Shown one piece after another: positions 1-7,910 of a DNA stretch of 64,000 bases. Each line of letters starts with the position of its first letter. The first letter of the stretch is position 1. A program made the translations under genes and the position numbers. The notes under the pieces are model-generated. The model did not search any database and was not told where the DNA came from. It saw only the letters and a program-made list of their open reading frames with translations. Source of the stretch: Clostridia bacterium (GTDB taxonomy: Bacteria > Bacillota > Clostridia > Oscillospirales > CAG-272); assembly GCA_017508665.1 (NCBI GenBank), contig JAFVYL010000015.1, positions 4,421-68,420 of the forward strand, given 5' to 3'.

Positions 1-170
1 ACGTAGTTGATAGGATACGCAAGTCTTCTCTTGCCCCACTCGTTAACGGTAACATCGGTAGCATTTTCGTTAACAAGAGTTACAAACTTCTCCTTGATAG
101 CTACATACTCTTCCTCAGAGCAGTTTCCGCTAACAGCAAAGAGAGTCTCGTAAGAACAAATCTTTTCCAT
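1..170 (-). CDS. rpsF: 30S ribosomal protein S6, N-terminal part (gene runs off left edge)
   Basis: Manual reverse translation from ATG at 170: MEKICSYETLFAVSG...DVTVNEWGKRRLAYPINY. The WGKRRLAYPIN block is the conserved S6 signature. GGAGG lies at 185-181 on the minus strand. Confidence 0.85.
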   Translation of the reverse strand, partial: MEKICSYETLFAVSGNCSEEEYVAIKEKFVTLVNENATDVTVNEWGKRRLAYPINY

Positions 171-250
171 CTGATTTTTACCTCCTTCTGGTCGTTAGGC
201 CATCCCAAATGATGGCAAGGAGTCGGGCCCTTTGCCCGAACTACCGCAGT

Positions 251-279
251 ATTTTAACACATTTTCCATTGCTTGTCAA
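251..279 (-). promoter_or_regulatory. sigma-A-type promoter for rpsF (TTGACA-17-TGtTAAAAT)
   Basis: Minus strand has TTGACA at 279-274, an exact 17-nt spacer, and TAAAAT at 256-251 preceded by TGt. Confidence 0.55.
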
Positions 280-312
280 GAGGTTTCGCTAAAAAACACA
301 AATAAATATATA

Positions 313-341
313 TTGACATTATAACTAAGGTATGGTAGAAT
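313..341 (+). promoter_or_regulatory. sigma-A-type promoter for ispE (TTGACA-17-TGgTAGAAT)
   Basis: TTGACA at 313-318, a 17-nt spacer, TG at 333-334, and TAGAAT at 336-341. Confidence 0.55.
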
Positions 342-392
342 ATACGGGAAGTGACTGCGGCCCGATGTCCGCAGATTGTTACGGAGTGGGAT

Positions 393-1274
393 ATGATTGC
401 TGTAAAAGAGCACGCATACGCGAAAATCAACCTATACCTCGACGTCCTTGCTAAGAGAGATGACGGCTTCCACGATATAAAGACGGTTATGCATACAGTA
501 TCACTCTCGGACGAGATTACGGTGTCGGTTAAACCGAGCGCGAGGCCGCGCGTGACTCTTGAAATTATAGGAAACGGGAAGCTTCCGACAGACGGACGCA
601 ATCTCGCCGTGCAGGCGGCAGAGCTTTTTCTCTCCACCTTGCTTGCTAATTCCGAGGTGCATATACGCCTCATAAAAAGGATACCTGTATCGGCAGGACT
701 TGCCGGAGGCTCTACTGATGCCGCTGCAGTGCTCAGAGCACTTAACAAGGCGTTTGGTCGTCCTCTTACCGAGAAGAGACTTTTGGCGCTCGCCTCAGAG
801 CTTGGCAGTGACGTACCGTACTGTCTTCTCGGCGGCACGGCGCTCTGTCTTGGCAGAGGAGAAATCATTGAGAGACTTCCTGACAAGCTCCATCTTTATC
901 TTGTTGTCGCTGTAGCCGATGAGCACGTATCCACCCCCGCCGCATACGCGGAGCTTGATAGCATCTACTCGGACTTCAAGTCGGATAGAACTGACGGAGC
1001 GGAGGAGTGCTTTAATGCCGTTCTTGCTTCGGTGGAAAGCGGAATTTTGACTGAGCACAAGCTATTTAATATATTCGAAAATGCAATTTTCAAGACTTGT
1101 TTCGGGGCAGAAAGCATAAAAACTAAACTTTTTGAACTCGGAGCTACCCATTCTCTTATGAGCGGAAGTGGGCCGTCTATATTCGGAATTTTCGATAATC
1201 AAAAATCGGCAGAGGCTGCACGCGACGAGCTTATAAAGAGCGGCATAAGAGCTTATTATGCCGAGACAGTTTAA
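393..1274 (+). CDS. ispE: 4-diphosphocytidyl-2-C-methyl-D-erythritol kinase
   Basis: ORF 351-1274. N-terminus AYAKINLYLDVLAKRDDGFHDIKTVM and the GHMP motif PVSAGLAGGSTDAAA. ATG at 393 follows GGAG at 383-386, so it is preferred over GTG at 351. Confidence 0.9.
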   Translation: MIAVKEHAYAKINLYLDVLAKRDDGFHDIKTVMHTVSLSDEITVSVKPSARPRVTLEIIGNGKLPTDGRNLAVQAAELFLSTLLANSEVHIRLIKRIPVSAGLAGGSTDAAAVLRALNKAFGRPLTEKRLLALASELGSDVPYCLLGGTALCLGRGEIIERLPDKLHLYLVVAVADEHVSTPAAYAELDSIYSDFKSDRTDGAEECFNAVLASVESGILTEHKLFNIFENAIFKTCFGAESIKTKLFELGATHSLMSGSGPSIFGIFDNQKSAEAARDELIKSGIRAYYAETV

Positions 1275-1290
1275 TTTGTAAGAGGTAAAA

Positions 1291-2283
1291 ATGAAAAAGA
1301 AATTTGACTTAAATAAGATGGTTACATCTCCGTGGTTTATAGTTCTCGGAGCGTTGCTTTGCTGTGCTCTTTGGGGCAGTGCCACGCCCTTTATAAAAAT
1401 GGGATACAAAGCGATGTTCTTTGACGGATACATAAGTGTTCAGTCAATAATTCTCTTTGCGGGTATAAGATTTGCCGCTGCAGGATTTATTACTATCGCT
1501 ATCTACAGCATCGCACGTAAAAAAATCCTTTATCCGAAGCGTCAGAGCCTTGATAAAATTGCGATAGTAGCCGCGTTTCAGACTATTATCCAGTATTTCT
1601 TCTTCTACGTAGGTCTTGCGAATACCTCCGGAGCAAAGGGTACTATAATTTCCGGCTCGTCCTCATTCTTCGCTATATTTATCTCCAGCCTTATATTCAG
1701 ACAGGAAAAGCTGACCGTAAAAAAGGTCGTTGCCTGTGTAGTAGGTTTTGCGGGCATTATCGCGGTAAACCTTCAGGGACTTGACTTCAGTATGAACTTT
1801 ACAGGAGATGCATTCGTTTTGTTCTCCTCAATATCCCTCGCATTCTCATCGGTCCTCATCAAGATATTCTCCAAGAATGAAGATCCCGTTGTTATAAGCG
1901 GATATCAGTTTATGCTCGGAGGCACAGTAATGATCATCGGCGGAATTATCGCCGGCGGTGAGATTGAATTCTTCGACCTTGCCGGTGCTGCAATTCTCGT
2001 ATATCTTGCCTTCCTTTCTGCCATCGCATATGCGGTATGGGGCATACTCCTTAAGTTCAACCCGGTATCCAAGGTTACGATCTTCAGCTTTATGACACCC
2101 GTATTCGGCGTTCTCCTTACCAAGATTATGCTCCCCGATGAGAGCACAGTAAAGCTTGTAAATCTTCTTCTCTCTCTGGTTCTCGTATGCGCGGGCGTAT
2201 TTATGCTTAACTATACAAGACAGCAGAAGTCTGTAGAGAGCAGTGCTGATTCAGTACCTGCCGAGGAAACAGATTCAGAGTAA
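1291..2283 (+). CDS. EamA/DMT-family membrane transporter
   Basis: 330 aa with about 10 hydrophobic segments in two repeated halves, typical of EamA-type permeases. RBS AAGAGG lies upstream. Confidence 0.75.
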   Translation: MKKKFDLNKMVTSPWFIVLGALLCCALWGSATPFIKMGYKAMFFDGYISVQSIILFAGIRFAAAGFITIAIYSIARKKILYPKRQSLDKIAIVAAFQTIIQYFFFYVGLANTSGAKGTIISGSSSFFAIFISSLIFRQEKLTVKKVVACVVGFAGIIAVNLQGLDFSMNFTGDAFVLFSSISLAFSSVLIKIFSKNEDPVVISGYQFMLGGTVMIIGGIIAGGEIEFFDLAGAAILVYLAFLSAIAYAVWGILLKFNPVSKVTIFSFMTPVFGVLLTKIMLPDESTVKLVNLLLSLVLVCAGVFMLNYTRQQKSVESSADSVPAEETDSE

Positions 2284-2299
2284 ATATTTTAAAATATAA

Positions 2300-2338
2300 G
2301 ACTGCCTCACTCCGAGATGGAGTGGGGCAGTCCCTTTT
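2300..2338. terminator. bidirectional intrinsic terminator between convergent genes
   Basis: 14-bp stem gactgcctcactcc / ggagtggggcagtc. It is followed by a T-run and preceded by an A-run. Confidence 0.7.
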
Positions 2339-2350
2339 GGTACTTAAAAA

Positions 2351-3403
2351 TTATTCAACGGATATCTTTATATCGCCTGTATCGGTTTCTATCTTACATT
2401 TGCCGCCCGACCAGCTTTCGGGAACGTTCACTTTTCCGGTGTCTGTACGTACCTGGAAGATTTTTTCTGAAAGGAAAGTGCCTGTAACGTCGCCCGTGTC
2501 GGTAGTAACGTAGATTTCCGCAGCGTCGCATCTATCAAAGCTCACGTCGCCTGTATCTCTTTTTATGGAGAACTGTCCGGATGCTATAACGTTAGACATG
2601 CTGATATCTCCCGTGTCACCGGTAGATGTGAGGTTTGCGCAGTTGATATCGGAGAGCAGGGATTTTCCTGTACTCACATTAACCTCGAGATTTCCTGCGC
2701 ACTCAGCGAGGCGTATCTCGTTGTTGCCGGTGCTTGTTACTGTCGAGAGATTTCCGCCGATCTTAGCGGTATTTACGTTTATGTGTCCTGTGCTTCTCTC
2801 AATATGAACGTTGCCGCTTGCCGTTACGTTATTTACTGAAATATCTCCTGTGCTCGCACTTGTCGTAAAGCTTGAACAAGTGATACCGTTGATGCAAGTA
2901 TCACCGGTGCTGAGCGTTAATCTGAAATCGGCGCAAGTAACGTCCTGTATATTTACATTACCGGTAGAGAGATCGATATTCACATTGTCGAATTTGTAGC
3001 CCGAGATGGAGATATCTCCGGTGTCCTCGCTGATGGAAAGTGAACCGTATTCTGCTTCGGGAAGATATAATGTGAGTGAGCTTGTATACCAGCCGAAGAT
3101 GCGCTCAAACCACTTTCTCGAGTCATTTATGTGTATTTTTAACGTCCCGTCCTCAACACTTGCTGTGTGAGTGATTTTCTTATTGCCATAGGTAACTAAT
3201 CTGCAGTTGCCGTCCTGAGAGGGGGCAAACGTAATATCGTATGTATCCGTTATTATGTCAATGTTACTAAAACCTTCTGTAATATCTGTAGATGTTTCCA
3301 CGCGCCTACCGCCAAAATGCCATCCGCCCGCGCATCCCGTCATAGTAAACATTAAACCGCCCATAAGTATAAGTGCACCCGCAATTGTAAACCATTTTTT
3401 CAT
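2351..3403 (-). CDS. DUF4097 (Toastrack-like beta-helix) lipoprotein
   Basis: Signal peptide plus lipobox MFTMTGC. About 12 rungs of an [ST]TG[DNK]-type repeat (DTGDISISG, STGNVNIQD, STGDISVNN, DTGDVTGTF ...). Confidence 0.8.
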   Translation of the reverse strand: MKKWFTIAGALILMGGLMFTMTGCAGGWHFGGRRVETSTDITEGFSNIDIITDTYDITFAPSQDGNCRLVTYGNKKITHTASVEDGTLKIHINDSRKWFERIFGWYTSSLTLYLPEAEYGSLSISEDTGDISISGYKFDNVNIDLSTGNVNIQDVTCADFRLTLSTGDTCINGITCSSFTTSASTGDISVNNVTASGNVHIERSTGHINVNTAKIGGNLSTVTSTGNNEIRLAECAGNLEVNVSTGKSLLSDINCANLTSTGDTGDISMSNVIASGQFSIKRDTGDVSFDRCDAAEIYVTTDTGDVTGTFLSEKIFQVRTDTGKVNVPESWSGGKCKIETDTGDIKISVE

Positions 3404-3413
3404 AATTTATCTC

Positions 3414-3755
3414 CTATCTCTCAAAAATGTTTTTTATTAGGACAAAGCTTTTTTTCGTGAGAATTGCCGAGCCCTTCGTAGAATATATAGAGCCAAAGAA
3501 CGACAGTATCGCAAGTCCTGCCAGCGCCATCGCGCCACCGATCAGACTAAGTCCTGTCAGGATATTACCGCTGAAGAGATTTAAAACTCCGATCAAAACA
3601 GCCGCCGGTGAGGATACCGCAAAAGAAATAAACACCGCCCACACCGATATGACCAAGCTCCAGAGCACTGCCGCAAGCGAGATCACTATGGCGAATAATG
3701 CGATAATTACAGGTAACCATACCGGTGATCCCAAAATAATTAAAAGGGTTTTCAT
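3414..3755 (-). CDS. small polytopic membrane protein, paralogous to the C-terminal TM module of the upstream DUF1700 protein
   Basis: 113 aa. LLIILGSPVWLPVIIALFAIV resembles IALLVIGSPVWFSILLTVFAV of ORF 3765-4232. AGGAG RBS present. Confidence 0.65.
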   Translation of the reverse strand: MKTLLIILGSPVWLPVIIALFAIVISLAAVLWSLVISVWAVFISFAVSSPAAVLIGVLNLFSGNILTGLSLIGGAMALAGLAILSFFGSIYSTKGSAILTKKSFVLIKNIFER

Positions 3756-3764
3756 ATAGTTCTC

Positions 3765-4232
3765 CTACCGTCCGAAAAGTTCTCCGATAGCAGTAGCGCA
3801 TTTTCTCGTGAGTATTATCGATAATTTAGCGAATTCGATGCATACGATCCACATGTATTTACCGATGAATCCCATAATAACAAACGGAATCGCTACTGCA
3901 AATACTGTAATTAATAACGACCACATTACCGCAAATACCGTTAGTAGAATAGAGAACCATACGGGAGATCCTATCACAAGTAAAGCAATCTGCCATGCAC
4001 TAACCGGCTTTTTTGTTCTTTTTTTCTTTAAACCTATGTTGGAGTCAGAGAGAATTTGATCTGCAATTTGCATAACATCTCCGACGTCGGCTACGGCTTC
4101 CTCCTCTGTGAGACCTTCTTCAATTTTATCATCGATTATTTCACTGTAAAAGCTGATTCGTTCGTTGATTTCCTTGCTCGGCAATTTGCATATTTGTCGC
4201 CTGAGCTTTGATAAAAACACCTTTTTGGTCAT
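3765..4232 (-). CDS. DUF1700-family membrane protein (PadR-associated)
   Basis: MTKKVFLSKLRRQICKLPSKEINERISFYSEIIDDKIEEGLTEEEAV is the typical DUF1700 N-terminus, followed by TM segments. ATG at 4232 lies 1 nt after the PadR stop, with a GGAGG RBS. Confidence 0.75.
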   Translation of the reverse strand: MTKKVFLSKLRRQICKLPSKEINERISFYSEIIDDKIEEGLTEEEAVADVGDVMQIADQILSDSNIGLKKKRTKKPVSAWQIALLVIGSPVWFSILLTVFAVMWSLLITVFAVAIPFVIMGFIGKYMWIVCIEFAKLSIILTRKCATAIGELFGR

Positions 4233-4233
4233 C

Positions 4234-4545
4234 TCACAGTCCTCCTTTCTCCACAAATCTGTATATCGACATTACCTCTTTCCACTCGGACTTGAAGTCC
4301 TCAATTCGTCCAAGTCCGGCTTTTGTAATGTGATAGTATTTTCTCAGTCGTCCGTCGTGCTCGATCGACCGTACAGTAAGCATTTTTCCAAGCTCCAGCC
4401 TCTTAAGAATAGTGTAGAGCGTAGACTCTGTCAGTACTACGTACGGCTGCAGATCCTTTATGATCTTATATCCGTACGACGGCTCATTCTTAATGGCGGT
4501 AAGCACACATACGTCGAGCAGACCTCGTTTAAGTTGAATATCCAT
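4234..4545 (-). CDS. PadR-family transcriptional regulator
   Basis: MDIQLKRGLLDVCVLTAIKNEPSYGYKIIKDL...TLYTILKRLELGKML...RKYYHITKAG is a winged-helix PadR signature. ATG at 4545 has an AAGGAGAGG RBS; the longer ORF to 4692 is unlikely. Confidence 0.85.
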   Translation of the reverse strand: MDIQLKRGLLDVCVLTAIKNEPSYGYKIIKDLQPYVVLTESTLYTILKRLELGKMLTVRSIEHDGRLRKYYHITKAGLGRIEDFKSEWKEVMSIYRFVEKGGL

Positions 4546-4569
4546 GCAATACCTCTCCTTACATAATAC

Positions 4570-4598
4570 ATCGTAACACGAAGTATGCCGTTTGTCAA
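4570..4598 (-). promoter_or_regulatory. promoter of the PadR operon (TTGACA-17-TACGAT)
   Basis: Minus strand has TTGACA at 4598-4593, a 17-nt spacer, and TACGAT at 4575-4570. Confidence 0.45.
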
Positions 4599-4737
4599 GA
4601 GGTTTTGGCAAAAAAAGTTGAGAAAATTGTGAGGGTAGTGAGAGCAGGGCGCTCATTTGTATATCGGCATATTCTATAAACTCTTTTGGCATATTTTAGC
4701 ATATTTTCACGAAAAATATTTTGCGCCCGTAATTCAA

Positions 4738-4766
4738 TTGAAAATATATACAAAATATGGTATAAT
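4738..4766 (+). promoter_or_regulatory. promoter of the large lipoprotein gene (TTGAAA-17-TGgTATAAT)
   Basis: TTGAAA at 4738-4743, a 17-nt spacer, TG at 4758-4759, and TATAAT at 4761-4766. Confidence 0.55.
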
Positions 4767-4812
4767 ATCCCCATAAAATGCCGACGGGCTTAAACGTGAA
4801 AGTGATACGGTT

Positions 4813-7743
4813 ATGAAAAAGATAGTCATATTCGTAACATTGATCCTTGCACTTTTAATGTGCATGGCATCTTGTAACAAAGAGCAAAATACGGATCCAA
4901 AACCTGAACACACCCACGTATTTGGAGAGTGGTCTATCACCGAAAACGCCACTTGTACTAAGGACGGTGTGAAGGTTCATTATTGCTCTTGCGGAGAAAA
5001 GCAGATCGACTCAATCCCTAAACTACCTCATAGCGTGGTGATTGACGAAGCAGTTGCTCCCACTTGTACCAAGACAGGTCTTACGGAAGGAAAACACTGT
5101 TCTGTATGTACCGAAATTTTTATAGAACAAAATATTGTTGGTGCACTTGGTCTTGGTCATGCGTATGATTCTGAAATAGACGCTATCTGCAATACTTGCA
5201 GTGATGAAAGAGACGTGGATCCTATACTCGTTTCTATTTCTCATAATGATCTTTTTGGTTATGTGAAAGGGATAGATGAATCGGATCAAAGCAAAGCCAT
5301 TGTTGTACTCTATAATTCCGTTAATTCTTACACAACTGGTGTAGGAGCAAACAATGAGTACTTTTTCAATGATATACAACTCGGAACTTATTACCTGAAG
5401 ATAGAGATTTCTGGTTATGAAATCCCCTCTCCTGTTAAAGTTAGCATTAATAAAACAGGTTTCGTTATTCAACACTTAGTTATAACCAAAGTAACTGATA
5501 CAGATTTCTATTATCAATGGAAAGCTGATGACACTTATTTCGGATATGAAGAATCCGCAACTGTGCCTAACGAAAAAACATTTACTTTCCTTGATGAAGT
5601 TGTTTTTGTAAACGATTCAAATGCAACAGATAATCTACAAAGAGATTACAAAATTATCCTTAGTAATGAGGAGTTGAATTGGAGTAGTGACTACGCTTCT
5701 AGAATGCTCGAACTAGTTGAGAGTATTTATGCATTTCCGAAATCACTGCCCTCTAAGTGGATATTGACTTCTGATGAAATAGATGATGATGTGGAAATAA
5801 CCTATAGTACAGATTCCACGGTTATTCGTATTTCAAAATCAGCATTTGAAAATGCTATTCCTCGAAAAGCAGAATATAACGGATTGAAGGGTACATATTT
5901 CTCAAACAGGCTTTATCACGCTCTTATTCGTTATGCGACAAAGGAAGGAACGGATATCAAGTATATAGACCGTATTTTGCAGCATGATTATGGTTGCTCC
6001 ATTATCGTAAGTGATTATGCGGCTCTGACAGCAAGCACTACAAACGAAACCAATGCATCATTTGAGATGTTTAAGCCTGAAGAATTATTGGCAATTCTTG
6101 AGATGTTTGCCGAAATGCCTAAGGGACTTCATCGTGTTGAAAATCTGGAGTATTTAGTTAGAAGAATTGATGGAACTCCACATCCATTGTATCCTTCAGC
6201 GGCGGCAGTTTCTTGGCCTACCGTAGAGCAAGGGTATATTGAATTTATGGATTCAGCATTCTTGGGCTCTGAGGTTGAAGATACTTTTAGACTTGTACTT
6301 CATGAAAAATCTCACTTCTTATGGGAACATGTTTTCTCTGAAGAACTCAAGGCAAAATGGATTGAAATCGGTGGTTGGTATCAGACCGACACTGATTCCG
6401 ACGGTTGGTCTACCACAAAAGAAACTGAATTTGTAACTGCATATTCACACGCCATAAATCCCAATGAAGATATGGCGGAATCCATTGCATACTACATCTT
6501 GATGCCTGATAAATTAGAATCACGTTCTCCCGCCAAGTATGCGTTCATTCGTGATTATATTATGAATGGTGAAATATACCTCACGCAAATTAGAGAAGAT
6601 CTCACTTTTGAGGTATATAATCTTTATCCTGATTACAATTATCCCGGTAAAATCGTTGGAGTTGAAATTCAAGTTTCAGGTGCTCCTGAAGAAGACAAAC
6701 GCGTAACAGTTACAATTACAATTGACACTAACGGTGATCCTTCATTTGGCGCAAAAAAAGCGATTATGCGTATAACTAGTGAAGAAGGTACTTTTTATGA
6801 TTTATGGGTTTACGCAATCGATGCTACTAATTCTGTCTTGCGAGGAACAGTAGTATTTAGCAAATACGCATGCAATGGATATTGGAGTAATGAAGAAATT
6901 GACTTGATGGATCCTGCTGGTAATCAACGATTCGTAGGATCTGATAATTTTGGCTGGAAACTTTATATTGATAATCCTTTGCCAGATTATGAGGCTCCGA
7001 AATATGTTGAAGATTCTGTTCAAGTTGAAATGGAAACAGGCGAGTTTAACGGCAGATCTGTTACGTATGTTTATGTGAAATTCAAGGCAACAGATAACAT
7101 TGGAATTAAATCAGTTTATTGTGCAATGGCAAATAATACTTATAATGGCTACAGATTGGAGGAGTATGGTGTGTATGACTCAACTACCAATGAGGCTGTT
7201 ATTACATTTATATTTACAGAATATATGCAATCTGGAGAATATTCTGTTAACTACATTATGTTAGAGGATTATGCCGAGAACTCATCAAGATTCTATTTTT
7301 ATTCAAATGGTAGCGGGGCGGGGTATCCCGCAACATTCGTATATCAAAGTGAAAACTCTGATTACGAAGCTCCTGCTTTGGATGTAAACAGAATTACGAT
7401 AACTGCAACACCTACCCACCCCGAAAATCCCAACGGCGAAACTGTTGTGCGCATTGAATACTATGTAAAAGATAACGCTTCTGGTCTTGGTTCGGTTAGT
7501 TACCGTTTATTAGATCCGTTAGGAAATACGCACTTTGAATATCATTATCATGAAAATTACTACACTGTTTATTTTAAAGGCGATCCTACCGCGTGGACTA
7601 AATACGAGATTAATGTTATTCTTCCTGAAGGATCTGCTCCCGGTAAATGGGGACTCTTAGAAATTTATGTAGAGGATAAAGCAGGTAACTTTACCACTTA
7701 TAACTTCTTGGAGATATTGCATTTCCAAGTAACAGGAAACTAA
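4813..7743 (+). CDS. large secreted lipoprotein with Cys-rich N-terminal repeats, an HExxH...E metallopeptidase-like core and Ig-like C-terminal modules
   Basis: Lipobox LMCMASC. Three H..C-T-K-x-G...C-x-x-C repeats. HEKSH at nt 6301-6315 and NPNEDMAESIAYY at about nt 6464-6486 (gluzincin third-ligand style, M34/ATLF-like). Confidence 0.7.
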   Translation: MKKIVIFVTLILALLMCMASCNKEQNTDPKPEHTHVFGEWSITENATCTKDGVKVHYCSCGEKQIDSIPKLPHSVVIDEAVAPTCTKTGLTEGKHCSVCTEIFIEQNIVGALGLGHAYDSEIDAICNTCSDERDVDPILVSISHNDLFGYVKGIDESDQSKAIVVLYNSVNSYTTGVGANNEYFFNDIQLGTYYLKIEISGYEIPSPVKVSINKTGFVIQHLVITKVTDTDFYYQWKADDTYFGYEESATVPNEKTFTFLDEVVFVNDSNATDNLQRDYKIILSNEELNWSSDYASRMLELVESIYAFPKSLPSKWILTSDEIDDDVEITYSTDSTVIRISKSAFENAIPRKAEYNGLKGTYFSNRLYHALIRYATKEGTDIKYIDRILQHDYGCSIIVSDYAALTASTTNETNASFEMFKPEELLAILEMFAEMPKGLHRVENLEYLVRRIDGTPHPLYPSAAAVSWPTVEQGYIEFMDSAFLGSEVEDTFRLVLHEKSHFLWEHVFSEELKAKWIEIGGWYQTDTDSDGWSTTKETEFVTAYSHAINPNEDMAESIAYYILMPDKLESRSPAKYAFIRDYIMNGEIYLTQIREDLTFEVYNLYPDYNYPGKIVGVEIQVSGAPEEDKRVTVTITIDTNGDPSFGAKKAIMRITSEEGTFYDLWVYAIDATNSVLRGTVVFSKYACNGYWSNEEIDLMDPAGNQRFVGSDNFGWKLYIDNPLPDYEAPKYVEDSVQVEMETGEFNGRSVTYVYVKFKATDNIGIKSVYCAMANNTYNGYRLEEYGVYDSTTNEAVITFIFTEYMQSGEYSVNYIMLEDYAENSSRFYFYSNGSGAGYPATFVYQSENSDYEAPALDVNRITITATPTHPENPNGETVVRIEYYVKDNASGLGSVSYRLLDPLGNTHFEYHYHENYYTVYFKGDPTAWTKYEINVILPEGSAPGKWGLLEIYVEDKAGNFTTYNFLEILHFQVTGN

Positions 7744-7767
7744 GTTTATAAAAATCAATTACAGATT

Positions 7768-7800
7768 GAGCGCCCATTCGTGGGCGCTCCCTTTTTATTT
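7768..7800 (+). terminator. intrinsic terminator
   Basis: gagcgccca-ttcg-tgggcgctc followed by cctttttatttt. Confidence 0.8.
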
Positions 7801-7832
7801 TATAAACTCCTCAAAATCTTCCGCCTATTCGG

Positions 7833-7861
7833 TTGACAATTTACGATTTTTATGGTAAAAT
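7833..7861 (+). promoter_or_regulatory. promoter of the TerB-ATPase-helicase operon (TTGACA-17-TGgTAAAAT)
   Basis: TTGACA at 7833-7838, a 17-nt spacer, TG at 7853-7854, and TAAAAT at 7856-7861. Confidence 0.6.
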
Positions 7862-7910
7862 ACATATTTAAGGAAAAACTGTTTTTGAATATGTGGGAAA
7901 GGAGAGGGAA

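Noticed and set aside
254-886. 210-aa ORF antisense to ispE, spanning the rpsF/ispE promoter region
   Set aside because: It overlaps both predicted promoters and the well-supported ispE. The Ser/Arg/Ala-rich shadow translation has no start context.
2351-3403. A periodic repeat signal that might be a DNA tandem repeat or a CRISPR-like array
   Set aside because: The periodicity is at the protein level (beta-helix rungs of the DUF4097 protein). The DNA copies are diverged, lie in-frame within one ORF, and show no repeat-spacer structure. No CRISPR array exists anywhere in the window.
4546-4692. The long version of the PadR ORF, starting at 4692
   Set aside because: The extra 49 codons cover the predicted promoter and have no PadR similarity. 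ATG 4545 has a strong RBS and gives a standard-length PadR.
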